Assembly: GCF_009914755.1 (NCBI RefSeq)
Contig: NC_060942.1
Direction: 5' to 3' (one strand)
DNA from: the human T2T-CHM13v2.0 reference genome, Homo sapiens
DNA: 64,000 nucleotides
The position numbers and the translations under genes were made by a program. Position 1 is the stretch's first letter, and each line of letters begins with the position of its first letter. Of this stretch, positions 24,861-39,654 are shown one piece after another. The notes below the pieces were generated by a model, which did no database searches, was not told the origin of the DNA, and saw only the letters and a list, made by a program, of their open reading frames with translations.

Positions 24861-25694
24861 GTTAATTACAACTGAAATAGATTGTCTTCCTTCACTTTTT
24901 TTCTCCTAATGCAAGGACAGGGAGGTAGAATATAATTTATTCCTGTTGACAGTAGGATAAATAAATACATTTTTGGATTACTAAGAGTTGACTGCTAGGG
25001 GAAGATAGCTTCCCCACAGTATCAGATGGAACCTTTAGAATTGGCCCTGGGACAAGGAAGTGGCCTTGTTTGTCAGGAGCTTTAATCCAAGCTTCACCCC
25101 AAATAGCCACTATGCCCTTCTTTCCTGGCATGGGATATTGAGAACAGGGCTGAACGAGGTCGATTTTGGGGGGTACAGCTGCCAGGGATTTCCCAGGGTC
25201 AGCTTAAGCCAATCTTTTGGTTTCCTGCAACTTGCCTTCCTTTTATTTCTTTTTCAACCCTCCATAGCACCAGCTGCTGTGAAGATATACCCTTAGAAAC
25301 GAACCGTCTGTTAATATGGTAAAAATATTTTTCGCTTTCTTGAATAGTGACTATGGGGATAGGGCTATTACCCCATAGTTTAGGATTCTAAATTGAGCGA
25401 TGTGGGGTGGGGGAAATAGAAGGGAATCAAATATTTGGAAAGGCACAGAAAGCCAAGATGCCAATTTATTAGTCCCAGATAAGCAAGATAGTAACAGTTT
25501 ATAAGCCTGTCTTAACAGGGACTGGAAGAGCCTGGGCAATTACTTATGAAAGACAAAACTCAAGACTAAGTTGGGAAGTTCTGTAGGAAAAGCATCGTAA
25601 GTCTCACAGTAGTAGTAAAACAGGAAGTGTACTCTGACTCATGTTTGAAGTACTTTTCTGGGAAGGGGAAAAAATGTGTTCATGACTGGAATAC

Positions 25695-25905
25695 TTACCT
25701 TGTGCCAAGTATGTGTTAAGCATTTTTCATGTAACCTTTCATTTAATCCTTGTGTGACTTCCATGAGTTAGGTATTACTGTCCACATTTTACAGCTTATG
25801 AAAACAGGGGCTCAGAGAGGATGTACTTTTCTCAAGACCACACAGCTGGTAAGTGGCAAAATCTGGTTTCAAGTTCAGATCTGTTTGGATCCCAAATATG
25901 CTCTT
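25695..25905 (-). mobile_element. MIR SINE
   Basis: tcatttaatcct...cacattttacag...gctcagagagg...caagaccacacagctggtaagtggc is the reverse MIR core. Confidence 0.75.
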
Positions 25906-26267
25906 AACTGATAAACCAGACTGTATACTACTTTACATACACTATACCATTTTGGTCCTTACAATAGCCTCATTAAGTAGCTATGGCCTATGTTAGTTCA
26001 TTTGATGGATAACAAACACAGAGTCTTTAGACCATGGTCCTCAAACATGAATGTGTCCCCACCCTTAGAGACTTTGATTCCATCAGCCAGCTTGGCATGG
26101 GACCCAGATCTCTGGCAGGTGATTCTGAAACTGGTATTTGGGGAGTGTATTTTGACAAACATCACCATAGAGAAAGGTAACTTGCTCCAGGCCATTAGGA
26201 TTGGGCCAAACTCATACCAGACCCCTTGTTTTCCTTTCCTTTGCATCAAGATCTCAGTGACTTCTTT

Positions 26268-26573
26268 CATTGATTGATTGATTGGTTGATTGAGACAGGG
26301 TCTTGCTCTGTCACCCAGGCTGGAGTGCAGTGGCGCAACCATGGCTCACTGTAACTTTGACTTCTTGGGCTCCAGTGATCCTCCCACCTCAGTCTCCTCA
26401 GTAGCTGGGACCACAGGTGCGTGCCACCATGCCCAGCTAATTTTTGTATTTTTGGTAGAGACAGGGTTTCACCATGTTGCCCAGGCTGGTCTCAAACTTT
26501 TGAGGTCAAGGGATCCTCCTGCCTCAGCTTACTAAAGCGCTAGAATTACAGGCATAAGCCACCACATCTGGCC
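26268..26573 (-). mobile_element. Alu (J-like) whose tail has become an (ATTG)n microsatellite
   Basis: Alu body; TSD tcagtgacttcttt at 26254-26267 and 26574-26587. Confidence 0.95.
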
Positions 26574-29500
26574 TCAGTGACTTCTTTATTGCAATCATAT
26601 AATTAGAACCCAGAGGCCGGGGTGGGGGTGGGGAAAGTAGGTTCTGGCTATGGTAGCAGATTGCATCTCCCCTTGACCTCCCAGAAGCCACTAACCTAGG
26701 CTTCATGGAAGTCAGCGTCCTGAAGTTTCTTAAAATCACACATACCCAGTTTACCTGGGGAAGCAGACTCAGGCACACCAAAGAGTGAGGGCCACCCTAC
26801 TGCTGGGACTCAGCTACATGGTCCAGAGGAAATATAGAATGGAGAGCAATGAACCACAGACATGTAGTTGTGTTCTCCCTTGGAAGAGGGTGGGAAGCAA
26901 GGTCAAAGAAGACAAATGTCCGGACCCAACTGACACATACAATTTAAGTGAAGCTCTAAATCAGGTGCTGCTGGAATGTGTATTTGACTTGGTCCATCCT
27001 GGAAGGTCTCACCTTTCCCTCTAGGTGTGTGTGGGGCTTGAACTGCACCCAGAGCTATATGCAAGGAAGAAGACAGGCTCTAGCCCTGCTGGGCACCAAT
27101 AAACCTGTTGATTGATGGTTTCTATCAGGTTAAACTCTGTGAACATTTTAACAGAAGCCTCCCAGGAGCAATTCCACTGTTTATCTCTGTTTTTAGGCCA
27201 ATGCAAATGTTTATCATCAAGATTAAATCACATCACTCTTTTAACCCTTGAAAAATGGGATTTACTAAAGCAAACAGTAGGAGATTCTTACTTGCTAAGC
27301 CATTCCAGGAAGGTTATGGCAGAAACCAAAATATTTTAAAGCCCTAATTGAGCTTGGCCCTTAGACATTTCAAGACTGTCCTAACTGTGATAGATCATAT
27401 GTTTGCATTATGCATGAAATAATTTGACATATGTAGTTTTAATAGCACATTATTAACTCTAAGTGGAGTACTTTTCTGCCCTGCTTTTTGGATGACATAC
27501 ATTCTGTATTTATCTGGCTAGTCCAGCAGCAGAAATGTATTTAATATCCAGAAAAGGCCAGATTTGTGAACACTCTCCTGTTATTATATTGTATGATGTG
27601 AACTTATTTGAAAGTCAAGCTAGTCCACTGCTGCAAGGCACTGGAAGGAAGGGCTGCTGCCTTAGTTTCTATTTCTTTTTTCTGGTCTGAAGACAATAAA
27701 GATCCCATAAATTGTTTTTTAAGCCTGCTATGAGCAGGAAGTGGGAAGTAAGAAATTAATTGATATATAGGATTTTGTATAGGCCCAAAATGAAGGACAC
27801 AGGATCCAGTAGATATTCTGGAATTTCAGAGGCTCTAGCAAGGCCCTCTGCTCCTCAAAAGAATTTCCCTACCATCTTGCTAATACTTGGAATTCTTCTA
27901 GTGGTGATTTGTGTCTTTGACATCTCTTTAAACTCAAGCAATCATTTATCATTTAGGGTGGATTAGTTTATCACATTTTTTCCTAAGATTTTATTTTGAT
28001 GGGCTTGAAGGTGTAAAAAGTGTGCAGATGCCACGCTTCTGTGATTAGGAAGGAAATGGCACCATCCACTACGGGCAAAGAGAGCAAAAGAAAAAGGCCC
28101 TAGAGGGAGAACTGCTTTAAAATTTTGCCGAGAGTTAACGCTGCCCAGCGCTGGGTGAGGTACTATAAGGGTGCACGCACAGTGCCAGCAAGGCCCCTTA
28201 CATTCTACTTGGGGAGACAAGATTAATAGTGACATAACAGAACAAGGTGCAATAAAGTCTAACTTGTGTGATTCATAATAAAAGCAATATTGGGGCACAG
28301 AGAAGACAAGCCTTCTTTGTGTTGAAGGTCTTTGCGTTGCAGTGTTACTTTGTGAGAGTTGGAGGACTCTTGTGGTGCCTGTAGAACACAGGAGATACTA
28401 AGAAACCCCCAAATCAAACACCAAACCAACATTTTATGGATTCCACATTTCCTGGTTCAGAAATCTGTTGAAATGAGTCTTCTCACAGTGGCATAGAAAG
28501 AAATGAGAAAGAAATGTGGAGAAGAGTAATGCACAGGCAAAGTGAAAACATTAGCAATCATTTCACCTACCATCAAGAACTGCTGAAATCAGAGACTCCT
28601 CAGTCCCTTTTTGCTGCCGGTCCTGATTCATCTTTCATTGGAAACTCCCTGCCGCTCTGGTTGCACTTAATGATGTACGGCCCCGTTGGTACTTAGTGCT
28701 CAGGAGTTCATCTTTATACTTCTCTCTTATTAAGAAACATGAATGCCAATCTAATTGGTTGGACTTTAGGAAGCTGATAGGACCATATTTGCTAGCAGAA
28801 GATGCTGTATTGTAACAGGTCAGTGCTGGGTTGGTGGGCATTGCTTTATCTCTTGTCATTAGGAATATAGAGTAGTACGATTTGGCATTTGTGTATGGAC
28901 ACTGGCAAAGGTAGAACTGAGCAGGAGGCTTCCCAGCTTACTTTAGTTGGAAGCCTGACCAATTTAGGACAAAGAGTGGGTCACCTGGCCTAGACTTTTT
29001 AATGTTGGGATTTGGTGTCTATACTGAGGTAGTGGTAAATTATTACTCTGTGGGACATTTTCTTCTTTTCTTCTATAATTATGTTCTTTGGGAACCTCAT
29101 GGGAAGGTGGCTTTGTCCATGTTCTCATATATTGTAAAAGTTTTCTGTCTCTAAGAATAATCTTGTGTTATCATTTGAAGTTCAGCTCTAGTTTCTCCTC
29201 CTTGAATATGTCTATTTCAGTCCTTAGTGATTTTTCCTTCCTCTAATCTCTTCCAGCACTGGGACTTTCTACCACCTGCTTTATTATTTACCTACTGCTT
29301 TGCTTGCTATTTTTTCCTATGCCTTAACTGTATCTTAAACTGCCAACTGAAGTACAAATATCTCAGCAGCCATTGTCTGCCTCTTGGAGAACAGGGAAAG
29401 ACCATAGTTATCTTATGTTGGTCTTTGTTTATTTAAAAATGTTTTCCTGTTTTCCTGACCTTTGAGGTTATTTTATACTTGGCATTCACTACGGCACATA

Positions 29501-29959
29501 GCAAAGAGATGAGCATGTAAAGAATGGTCAGTGAAGGCCTTCTGACAGTTTGACTTATTTCAAGATATATATCCTAACATTTCCCCGTACCTATGACTAT
29601 CAGTTGTCTTTGTATGTGGAATAGGTTGGACTTGATGAAAATTTTTATGATTCTAGTGTTAGTTTTATAACCAGAGAAGAAATCTTTAGATGACAGTGGG
29701 GGACTTGGTGTGTATATTGAGCACAGAAGTGGTCTAACCCCTTTGAAACTTTTCCTAACAACTTCGCCTCTTAAGCATGGGCTCTATAATATTCCATAAC
29801 TGTCAATATCAGTGAACCTTGTTAGCATAACATAAAATATTCTCTGAAATTTTCTTGGAAGCTAATTCTTAACATTGTATATCATCCAGATATTTTGTGG
29901 TTTCCTCCTCTGTCCTCACTCAAGTAGTTCACACTTCAGTAGGATTTCTAATAACACTC

Positions 29960-30675
29960 TCTTTTTAGGTACCCTTATAGTCCCAGGGCTTTATAAGACA
30001 GGCTTTACCATGTAATTTGCTTTGGCCAATGAATTATGAGCAAAGAGCACTTCTGGCTGGAAGCTTTAAGGGCCAGCACATGCTTCATCATGATCCCTTT
30101 GCCATGACACTAAAAATATTTTGAGATCCCTTTATCAGCCTGGGTTTTGGAGTGAAAACAACATGGAGCTGACCTGCAGTGAACACATTGCATGACTGAG
30201 ACATAAATGGGGGTTGACTGCCCATGCCATGTCCGCCCTTCCTATCAACAGATGTAGTCTATTTCCCACTCCCTTGAACCTGGGCTTGGCCTGTGATTTA
30301 CTTTGACATGATTCACACTATCATAAGATTGTAGTAGAAGAGATGTTGAATGAGTTCTGGAGTCTAGGCCTCAAGATATTTTGCAGTTTCCACTTTTACT
30401 CTCTTGGGACCTAGCTGCCAAGTAAAGAAGCTTGGGTTAGATAACTGAAAGATATGAAACTTCATAGAAACAGAGGTTTTAGACTTCTAGCCTTCCCTAC
30501 TACAGTGAGGCCCGCTTTGTCTTTGCAGCTTTCACTGAAGCAGCAGGCGAATGCAACTGCAGGAGCATGTGCGGAACTGCCCAACCAAACCACGACATGC
30601 TGAGCAACAATAAATTGTTATTTTAAGTCATTAAGATTTAGGTGTTTTATTTGAAGCTTTAAATAACTGAAACAG
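29960..30675 (+). mobile_element. Old MaLR (MLT1-type) LTR sequence, probably two nested pieces
   Basis: ctttggccaatgaa, cccttgaacctgggcttggcctgtgatttactttgac, and terminal ttttaagtcattaagattt...taactgaaaca. Confidence 0.6.
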
Positions 30676-30693
30676 AGATCTCTGTTGTTGTAA

Positions 30694-31047
<354 letters not shown>

Positions 31048-31146
31048 TAACTTGCCCTATACTAACTGAAAAAGTTAACAATGTGTTTTTAACCATTTAT
31101 TTTGATTTATAGATATGGATTTATTTTCATTAGTGATACATTTTAA

Positions 31147-31522
<376 letters not shown>

Positions 31523-31549
31523 TGGATTTTTTTTTTTTTTTTAAACTAA

Positions 31550-31880
<331 letters not shown>

Positions 31881-32179
31881 TATTTCACACTTCTTTTAGT
31901 TTATCATTTATATCCTTTATACTTCTTTTATGGTTACCTAGGTCATTTTTAATTGCCCAATTAACTTAACACAGCCTAATATTATTATCCTCCTGAACAC
32001 TGCAATGATTTTACAGTGGTTTAACTCTGATCACCTCTTGCCCAGCTTATCAGCTGTGTTGCTTTATATTTAGTTCTGTGGTATTTTAGCCTTTTTTTTT
32101 AGTCATACAAGTTGTATATTATTAATATTGTTTATCTAGTAAATGCTTATTTATATTTACTCACACACTTATTCATACA

Positions 32180-32395
32180 TTTATTTTATTTTATTGAGAC
32201 AGGGTCTCGCTCTGCCACTGAGGCTGGAATGCAGTGTTGTGATCTCAGCTCCCTGCAACCTCTGCCTCCAGGGCTCAAGCAATCCTCCCCGCCCAGCTTC
32301 CCAAGATGCTGGGACTACAGGCATGCGCCAGTATACCCAGGGAAGTTTTTAATTTTTTGTAGAGATGGAGCCTTACTAGATTGCTCAGGATGGTC
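32180..32395 (-). mobile_element. Truncated old Alu (J-like)
   Basis: Right arm plus part of the left arm only. Confidence 0.85.
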
Positions 32396-32479
32396 ATATA
32401 GTTATATTTACTCATACATATGTCAATATCTTTTGTCTATTAGTTATTCACTTATTTATCAATATTATTTATAATTCCT

Positions 32480-33860
32480 TTTTGTCTTTGGGAATTAATT
32501 TATGTCTGTTTGAAGTATATTCTTTGGAATTTCCTTTAGTGAGAATTTGTTGGTAATGTGGTCAAGCTTTTTCTTCCTTTTCCTTACTTTGTCTAAAAAT
32601 TATTTTAGTTTCACTTAATTTTTGAAAGATTGTTTTTCTGGCTAATAGAATACTACATTGAGTGTTACCTTCTCTCAGCATATTGATACTATTAGTCTGC
32701 TGTGATCTCTCACTGTTGCACTGAGAAATTGCCATCATTCTAACTGCCACTCTTTCTTCTTCCTGGCTATTTTCAATATATTCTTTTTGTCTTTGGTGTT
32801 TTCCAGTTACACCATGAAGTATCTAGATTTTAAAATCTTGGTTAATATTGCTTTGGGTTCCTGATTTTTGAGGACTGATGCTTTTCAATGGTTGTGAAAA
32901 TTCTCAGTCATTATCTTTTCAAATATGATTTATTTCATATTCTCTTTATTGTCTCTTTCAGAAATTCTGATTAGTCATGTGGAAGGCTGCTTCAACCTAT
33001 CTTACATATCTTGTAAACTTTTTTTTCTGCCCCAACTTTTCATTAATTTCTTTAGCTATACCTTCCAGTTTTCTAATTCTGTCCTCAGCTATATTTAATT
33101 TACTATTTAGAACAATCAATTAAAATTTCAATTTCAGTTATTATATGTACATTTTATTTCTGGAATATCTCTCTGATTCTTCTAAATATGCTGGTTGTAT
33201 TTAGACCCTTTAGTTGCTTGCACATATTTCCAAGTATACCTTTTACTTCATAGTTATAATTAATATAGTTAGTAATGTAGTTATTATTTATTTTATGTGA
33301 ACTAATTCCATTATTTGAAGCCTTTCCTGGACTGATCTGCTGTCTACATTTCTGCTAGTTCTCACTCATAATGTCTTGATTTCTTGTGTGTTTTGTGATT
33401 TTTTACTGTGAGCTGCTCATTTTATGTGTAAATTTGTCTATGGGAATTCTTAGTGAAGTTATATTCCTCCGGAGAGGACTTGCATTCCTTCTGCTAGTTA
33501 CTTTTCCAGCAATAACCCAAGACCAGCTTAAAAAACACTGTTATTGAGGTATTCTGCACATGCCATAAAACTTACCCATTTTAAACATACAATTCAATGA
33601 GTTTTGGTAAGTTTACAGTATTGTGCAATTATTATCATCCAGTTTTAAACTTAAAAGACAAATTCTCCAAAGATCCCTTTCCCTGTTTACAGTTAGTCAG
33701 TATTCTTACCCCTTAGCCCAATGCAATAGTCTACTTTCTTCCTCTATGGATTTGTCAATTCTGAATATTTCACATAAACAAAATCATACAATATGTAGTC
33801 CTTTATATCTGGCCTCTTTCACATAGCACAATGTTTTGAAGATTCATCCATGTTTCCAGG
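32480..33860 (-). mobile_element. Ancient L1M fragments
   Basis: T-rich, antisense L1-like sequence; a 3'-UTR-type piece at ~33540-33855 (acccattttaaacatacaattcaatg...gattcatccatg). Confidence 0.6.
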
Positions 33861-34235
33861 ATCATTTTAGGTTAAAGTCTAAGCTTGCAAATTTATTGGA
33901 CCACAGAAGTAGCATGAATTCAACCACAGTCCTGTGCAAAGGCCAGTTTACAGGTAGAATTTTTTTCCCACCCGATGCTAAGGCTGAAATAGACAAGTTT
34001 TCTTATTGACTGTTTCTGAGCAGCAGATTTCTTTATCATTTGCTCTTTTACAGAGGGTGTAGCTCTTTGTGACATTACTTTTATGTCAAGGTTCCCTAAT
34101 AGACCCCCTACCTTATCTCCAATGCAGCCCCATAGTAGAACGTCAGGGCCTTCAGATTTCAGAAGAGACCCTCAGGGAAAAGCCAGCCTTGGCAGTCATT
34201 CAGCCCCAGAATTCTTGCTTTCACTTTATCTTTTG

Positions 34236-34237
<2 letters not shown>

Positions 34238-34272
<35 letters not shown>
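34238..34272. repeat. (TG)n microsatellite, ~17 units
   Basis: Direct reading. Confidence 0.95.
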
Positions 34273-34275
<3 letters not shown>

Positions 34276-36389
34276 AAATAATTGTGCTAGTTTGACAATG
34301 CTTTTATAAATATAAATTTCATTTTTTCCCCAGTATTTTAGATGTTTTCATGGCAAGGACCCTTCAGGGTGTTTTGTCTGCCATACTCCCGGAAAGAGAA
34401 GGCTGACAAGAGCCTTTTACAAGAGTCTTTTGCTCACCTGTTTGGATCTCAGATAGGTGAATAATAAGGGAAAAATATTAACGTTCTGAGTAAGAGGCCA
34501 TCCCAGTCCCTGCCTGCGGTCTCTCCCAATCTTAGCTTACCTAAATCATCTAATGAGGAGTCTTATTTTTGAGTCTACTTTGTTTAGCAGTAGTCTGCGG
34601 TCACCCCTGCATACTAATTACCTCGTACACTTTTTTCACCTCTGGTGGGTCAGTGAAAGCAGCCATTTCTCGGACTGCATTGGGAATTGCTAAGGTCTCT
34701 GTTCAGCTTAAACCATGTCAGTTTTTTATAGTTGAAGTGGAAAGGGCAGGGATTGGAAATGAGGAAACTGAGACCAGGAGAGGCAAAACAACTCGCCTAA
34801 TACCACAGAGAGCTGGAACTTGAACTCAGACCCACTGACTTACAATGTTCTTTCCATCACAACATCCTGCCCCTTGTTGATGACAGAGAAAAATGGAGTG
34901 AGAGAGTGCAGCACTGGTGCATTCATTAAGGTAAAGTTTTAGAAAAGTCTGAATTTTATTTTATCTTGGATTTCTCTGTTTCCATTGCCCATTGTTAAGT
35001 GAGAGTAGTAGTTAAGGAAAACAAACAAACAAACAAGCAAACAAACTTGCTGTTTAATGTTTCTGTTTTTGAACAATGTGGATCATTTTGCCCAGAAATT
35101 TCTGACTTCTCAGAATGTTAGAGATGGCCCATTGGTTTGGCCCTTTAACTGGAGGAAAATGAGGGAGGAGCCCAGAGTCTTTATCCCAGTATATCAGCCC
35201 CTTTTTGATGAGTTTCTTACCTCATTTTGGGGGAAAGATAATGTTATTAATGCCCTTTCTAGCAATTTGAAAAAAAAGACAAACATGGCTTAGAGTGAAA
35301 TCCTCGGTGATCGAAAATATCATTAGAAATAAGCTCCTGGTGTTCACTCTGTCATTTCCAAGTGTTCTGATGAGTTTCATTTGAATGCTGCACTATACGG
35401 AGTTGGCTGAAGCCCACAACTATGTGCGCGTGTTGGCGACGAGGCCTCTTCCTTGTTGAGGAAGGAGGAGGGAGAGGCAGGCAGATGTCATTTAGTCACC
35501 CGTATTTGAAACTGAGATGAGCCCCAAACAGAATCTGCAGATTTGCTTCTGGTGCAGTTATCAGTCACTGCATCCAAACTGCCTCAAGCTGTGCCTGCAT
35601 AGTGCCCAAACGATGCACTCGTGAGTGAAAAAACAAACAAACAAACAAACAAAAAAACTAGCCAGTATGGTCATCTGAGTCATGAAGACAAATAATCACT
35701 ATAGCAGGAAAAATTACAATAAAAAAGCCAGCTGTTGAACTGAATTCAATAGTTAAAAAAAAAGGTGGGGGGAGGGCAATAAAAAAATTCAGTGAAATTC
35801 CATTTCAGTTTCTGATTGTTTTTCCAGGACTACTTTCAGGGAAAATCAGAGTCTTTGTTTTTAAAAATGATGCCTGCATTGGTTAAAAAAATCCAAGGCA
35901 ATACTTACACCCCTTTCTTCATCCTAAAGAACCAGCTCCTTAGGGTCTCATTTGCATGTAGGTAGATTCAAAACAGCTGAAGTTGTGTACATCTAATTGG
36001 ATGGAATTCGAGTCTTTCCCCGAAGCTGTAAAAGAAAAAGCAGGGCCTGGAAACATGATGAATGTTCTTCAGGCGACAAAGATTTGAAACTGCTGCTCTG
36101 AGCACTTGCAGGAGGTTTCTACAGCAGCCTTCAAGGCCACCCTACCAAGGCAGTGCTGAATTAGCACTTTTTTCTGCCTTATATAAACAAGAATGCACAA
36201 ATGAACATAGGTGCAGCAATAAAAATCACAATGAATAATTTGAGCTGTTGCCAAATCTTTGAACCTGATTTTGTTTGCACTTGACTCCCTTGGAAATAGT
36301 AGAACAAAAAGCAAGAGGTAGAGATGTGCCCAGTTTAAGTTCCTAGGTGGTCCCTGAGGCAATTGATGCTCTGCCTATATTTTCTTGTC

Positions 36390-36773
36390 ACTGACTGTTC
36401 CAATACATACCCATGACTTCTGACTGCAAGCGCTTATGAATCTCCTTGCAGGCAGGAATTGTTGGGGACTTCATGCTCTGGGGAGTAGCCCCCAGCCAGT
36501 GGTTGGTGGAAGTAGGTGTATACATATCCTGCCTATCTGCCCCTTGATAAGACCACTCTGTGGCATGTTCCATACTATCTGCCAGCATGACTGAGCTTCA
36601 GATGCCCACAGTGGTCACCTGATCAATAGTTCCCTCGTTGCTGGCTTCCTTCCCTTCCCTGTCTTCTGTTTCCACTTCCCTTCTGGTGCTTCCTGGAATC
36701 ATTTCCCAAATAAGGTATTTGCATTCAAATCTTTAGTCTCAGAGTGTGTTCCTGGGAGAATTTAACCAAGACA
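36390..36773 (+). mobile_element. ERVL LTR16-like LTR
   Basis: gggagtagcccccagccagtgg...cttcctggaatcatttcccaaataa...tttaaccaagaca terminus. Confidence 0.6.
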
Positions 36774-37001
36774 TAGGAAATATCTTCTTTTAACTGAAAT
36801 CTATTTGTGACATCTAATTCTTTGTCTTTCTGATTTGGCCATCATTCAAAGCATGTTAAAGCTGAGGGTGCAGAAATCACCTTTCCAGTGGTGCATTTCA
36901 CAGAAGAAATAGAAACTCAAATTACACAGCCAAATGGTTACAGAAATTAGACTAGCAGCCAGTGGTCCTGACTCCCAAGCTGGTACTCCCCCAGCCCCTA
37001 C

Positions 37002-37154
37002 TGTCAGGCCTCTGAGCCCAAGCTAAGCCATCATATGCCCTGTGACCTGCACGTGTACATCCAGATGGCCTGAAGCAACTGAAGATCCACAAAAGAAGTG
37101 AAAATAGCCAGTTCCTGACTTAACTGATGACATTCCACCATTGTGATTTGTTCC
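37002..37154 (+). mobile_element. 5' fragment of a HERV-H LTR7-family LTR
   Basis: TGTCAGGCCTCTGAGCCCAAGCTAAGCCATCATAT...GAAGATCCACAAAAGAAGTGAAAATAGCC...ACTGATGACATTCCACCATTGTGATTTG matches the start of LTR7; it ends abruptly. Confidence 0.88.
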
Positions 37155-37915
37155 ATTTGGTCCATTTGCTACAACTGACGAACCTACATTGACACATCAT
37201 TATCACCTAAAGACCATAGTTTACATTAGGGTTCACTCTTGGTGTTATACATTTTATAGATTTGAACAAACGAATAATGACATGTATTCAGCATTATAGT
37301 ATCATATGGAGTAGTTTTTTTGTCTCCATAGTTTTGCCTTTTTCAGAATGCTGTATAGTTGGAATAACACAGTATGTAGCCTTTTCAGATTGGCTTCTTT
37401 CACTTAGTAATATGCATTTAAGTTTTCTTCATTCCTTTTATGGCTTGATGGCTAATTTCTTTTTAACACTGAATAATATTCCATTTTCTGGATGTACCAC
37501 AGTTTATCCATTCACCTATTCAGGGACATCTTGATTGCTTCCAAGTTTTGCCAATTATGCATAAAGCTGCTATGAACATCTGTGTGCAGGTTTTTGTGTG
37601 GACATGTTTTCAACTCCTTTGGGTAAATAACAAAGGGCATGATCACTGAATGTCTTTTAACTTTCAATCTATAGTTTCCCATCCCATCTCTTTTTATCCT
37701 TGACATTTATTTGTTGAAAAACTGGATTATTTGTCCTATAGAATTTTTCACAGTTTGAGGTTTTCTATCTGCATTCCTGTGGTGTTGTTTACCTTGTTTC
37801 TTCTGTCTGCTCTATTCCCTATAAACTGGTCATTAAATCTAGAAGTGTGATCAGATTCAAATTGGATTTTTTTTGGTAAGATTATTGTATGGGAGGTTTT
37901 GTGTTCTTCCAGGAG
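37155..37915 (-). mobile_element. L1MC-type 3' fragments
   Basis: gaacctacattgacacatcattatcacc...gtttacattagggttcactcttggtg; ttcagattggcttctttcacttag. Confidence 0.75.
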
Positions 37916-39654
37916 ACTTTTCATAAAGGAGTCCTGAAGATGGAGTGTTGTAAGCTTAATGAGGGAGATCATTTTGGGTGATTTGGGGAGGGATGTTCCC
38001 AAAGTCTAGAAAGGTGCTATTGACTAGAAAAGTGGCTATTAGCTTCATGCCTGTACAAAATCACACCTGTACAAAATCAGAACGTTCAGTAAACGTGTGT
38101 GTGTGTGTACACACATGTGTCTATGTGTCTTTATGTATGAGTTTTGTCCCCAGAATGAGAAAATAATGTGTAGTTCAGATTGTAGCTTAGTTAGGGTATG
38201 CCAAATTTCCTGGCTTCTTAAGGAAGTGGAATCTATTAATGAGAAATAAAACATTCTGATATTAATAGTAAAGACTGTAATACTAATATGACTATAATAA
38301 GGAATTGTGGCCACAAAGACCAAGAGAAACAGTGTTGCTGCTCTTGTGGCAAGCACTTTCCCTAACCTCTCCCTCTTTAATTTTTCAATCGGTGTGTAGC
38401 AATTACATTAGTTGTTGTATTTAATACATAGTATATTTGTTCTTAGACTTTTACGACTGCTGCTAATTAACTGTACAGTCTTTTATTAGTGTTTGAAATT
38501 CTAATTACTGCAGTACCAGGAAGTTTTAATATTGTTAGAATGTATTGCTTCTTTATTGACTCCCAGCTTTTCCAACTCTGGTTGTGAACCTTGGTGAGTC
38601 AGTATTCATTAGAGGAGCACACGCTGGTTTGAACAACCCTTCTCTTTTATTAACGAACAAAGACGTAAAAAAATGTTTCCTTAGAACTGGGGTTAATGTT
38701 GAGTAGCTTGTTGCACATCCCATGCCAATGGCTGATTTTCAAGGAGCCGAGGGAATTTCTGTGACTGGTAAAGAATTACCTGTGTAATGTGCCCACTTCT
38801 CCTGACAGGCTGGTCCTCTTCCTGTCCTGCCCACACACTATGCTCTTAGCTCTTACTGGCTCCATGTACACTCTTGGCAGGAATGTCTTCTTTTGTGCCC
38901 AGCTATGCTTGCTCAGATGTCACTTTCTCCATTAAGCCTTCCCTAGTCCCAAACTCCCCAGAATTCCCAGTCTAAACCCCTGATTAGCTTGCAAATTTAT
39001 CCTGTGTCATTCATTAATTGCCTGTGTGTGTTACCATCATGCCCCTAACTGGAACGTAAACTCTGGGAGGGTAAAGATCACCTCATGGGTATCTTCAGTA
39101 CACCCCACAGCACTGTAATGCTGCAGATACTCAATTATCACTTCTTGATTGATTGTTCCCTATTTGTGGGGAATGAGGGGTACAGAGCAAAATTTAAAAA
39201 CAAAATTTATGACCTATGTCAACTGCTTTAAATGTAGAATTATAAAATTGTTGACATTTGGGCCATACATGTATTAATGTCTGTCTCAAAACCTTGCCTT
39301 GTTCCCATCCTTTCCCACATATACATACTGGGCACCTGCTAAGTAGCAAGTGTGATGTCAGCACTAGGGATGCAAAATGATGAAGACCTGGAGCTTGTGT
39401 CTGGTGGAGCAGAGGCATCTGATGAGTGTATGGTATGTTATGACATGACCAATGATGTGTTAGAAGGAAGTCACAGATGATGGGATGCCAGAGGAAAGGG
39501 TGGGAAAGTCCTCTTGCGGGGAGGATTCCTTTATCCTTTTGCCTCCTTACTGACTTCAGTGAGTAACTTTTTCCAAGAATGGGATTTTCTAACATAATTT
39601 AATGGTGGTTTCTGCTATGATTATCCCTTAACTCTGGGGAGAAGCAGTTCCCCA

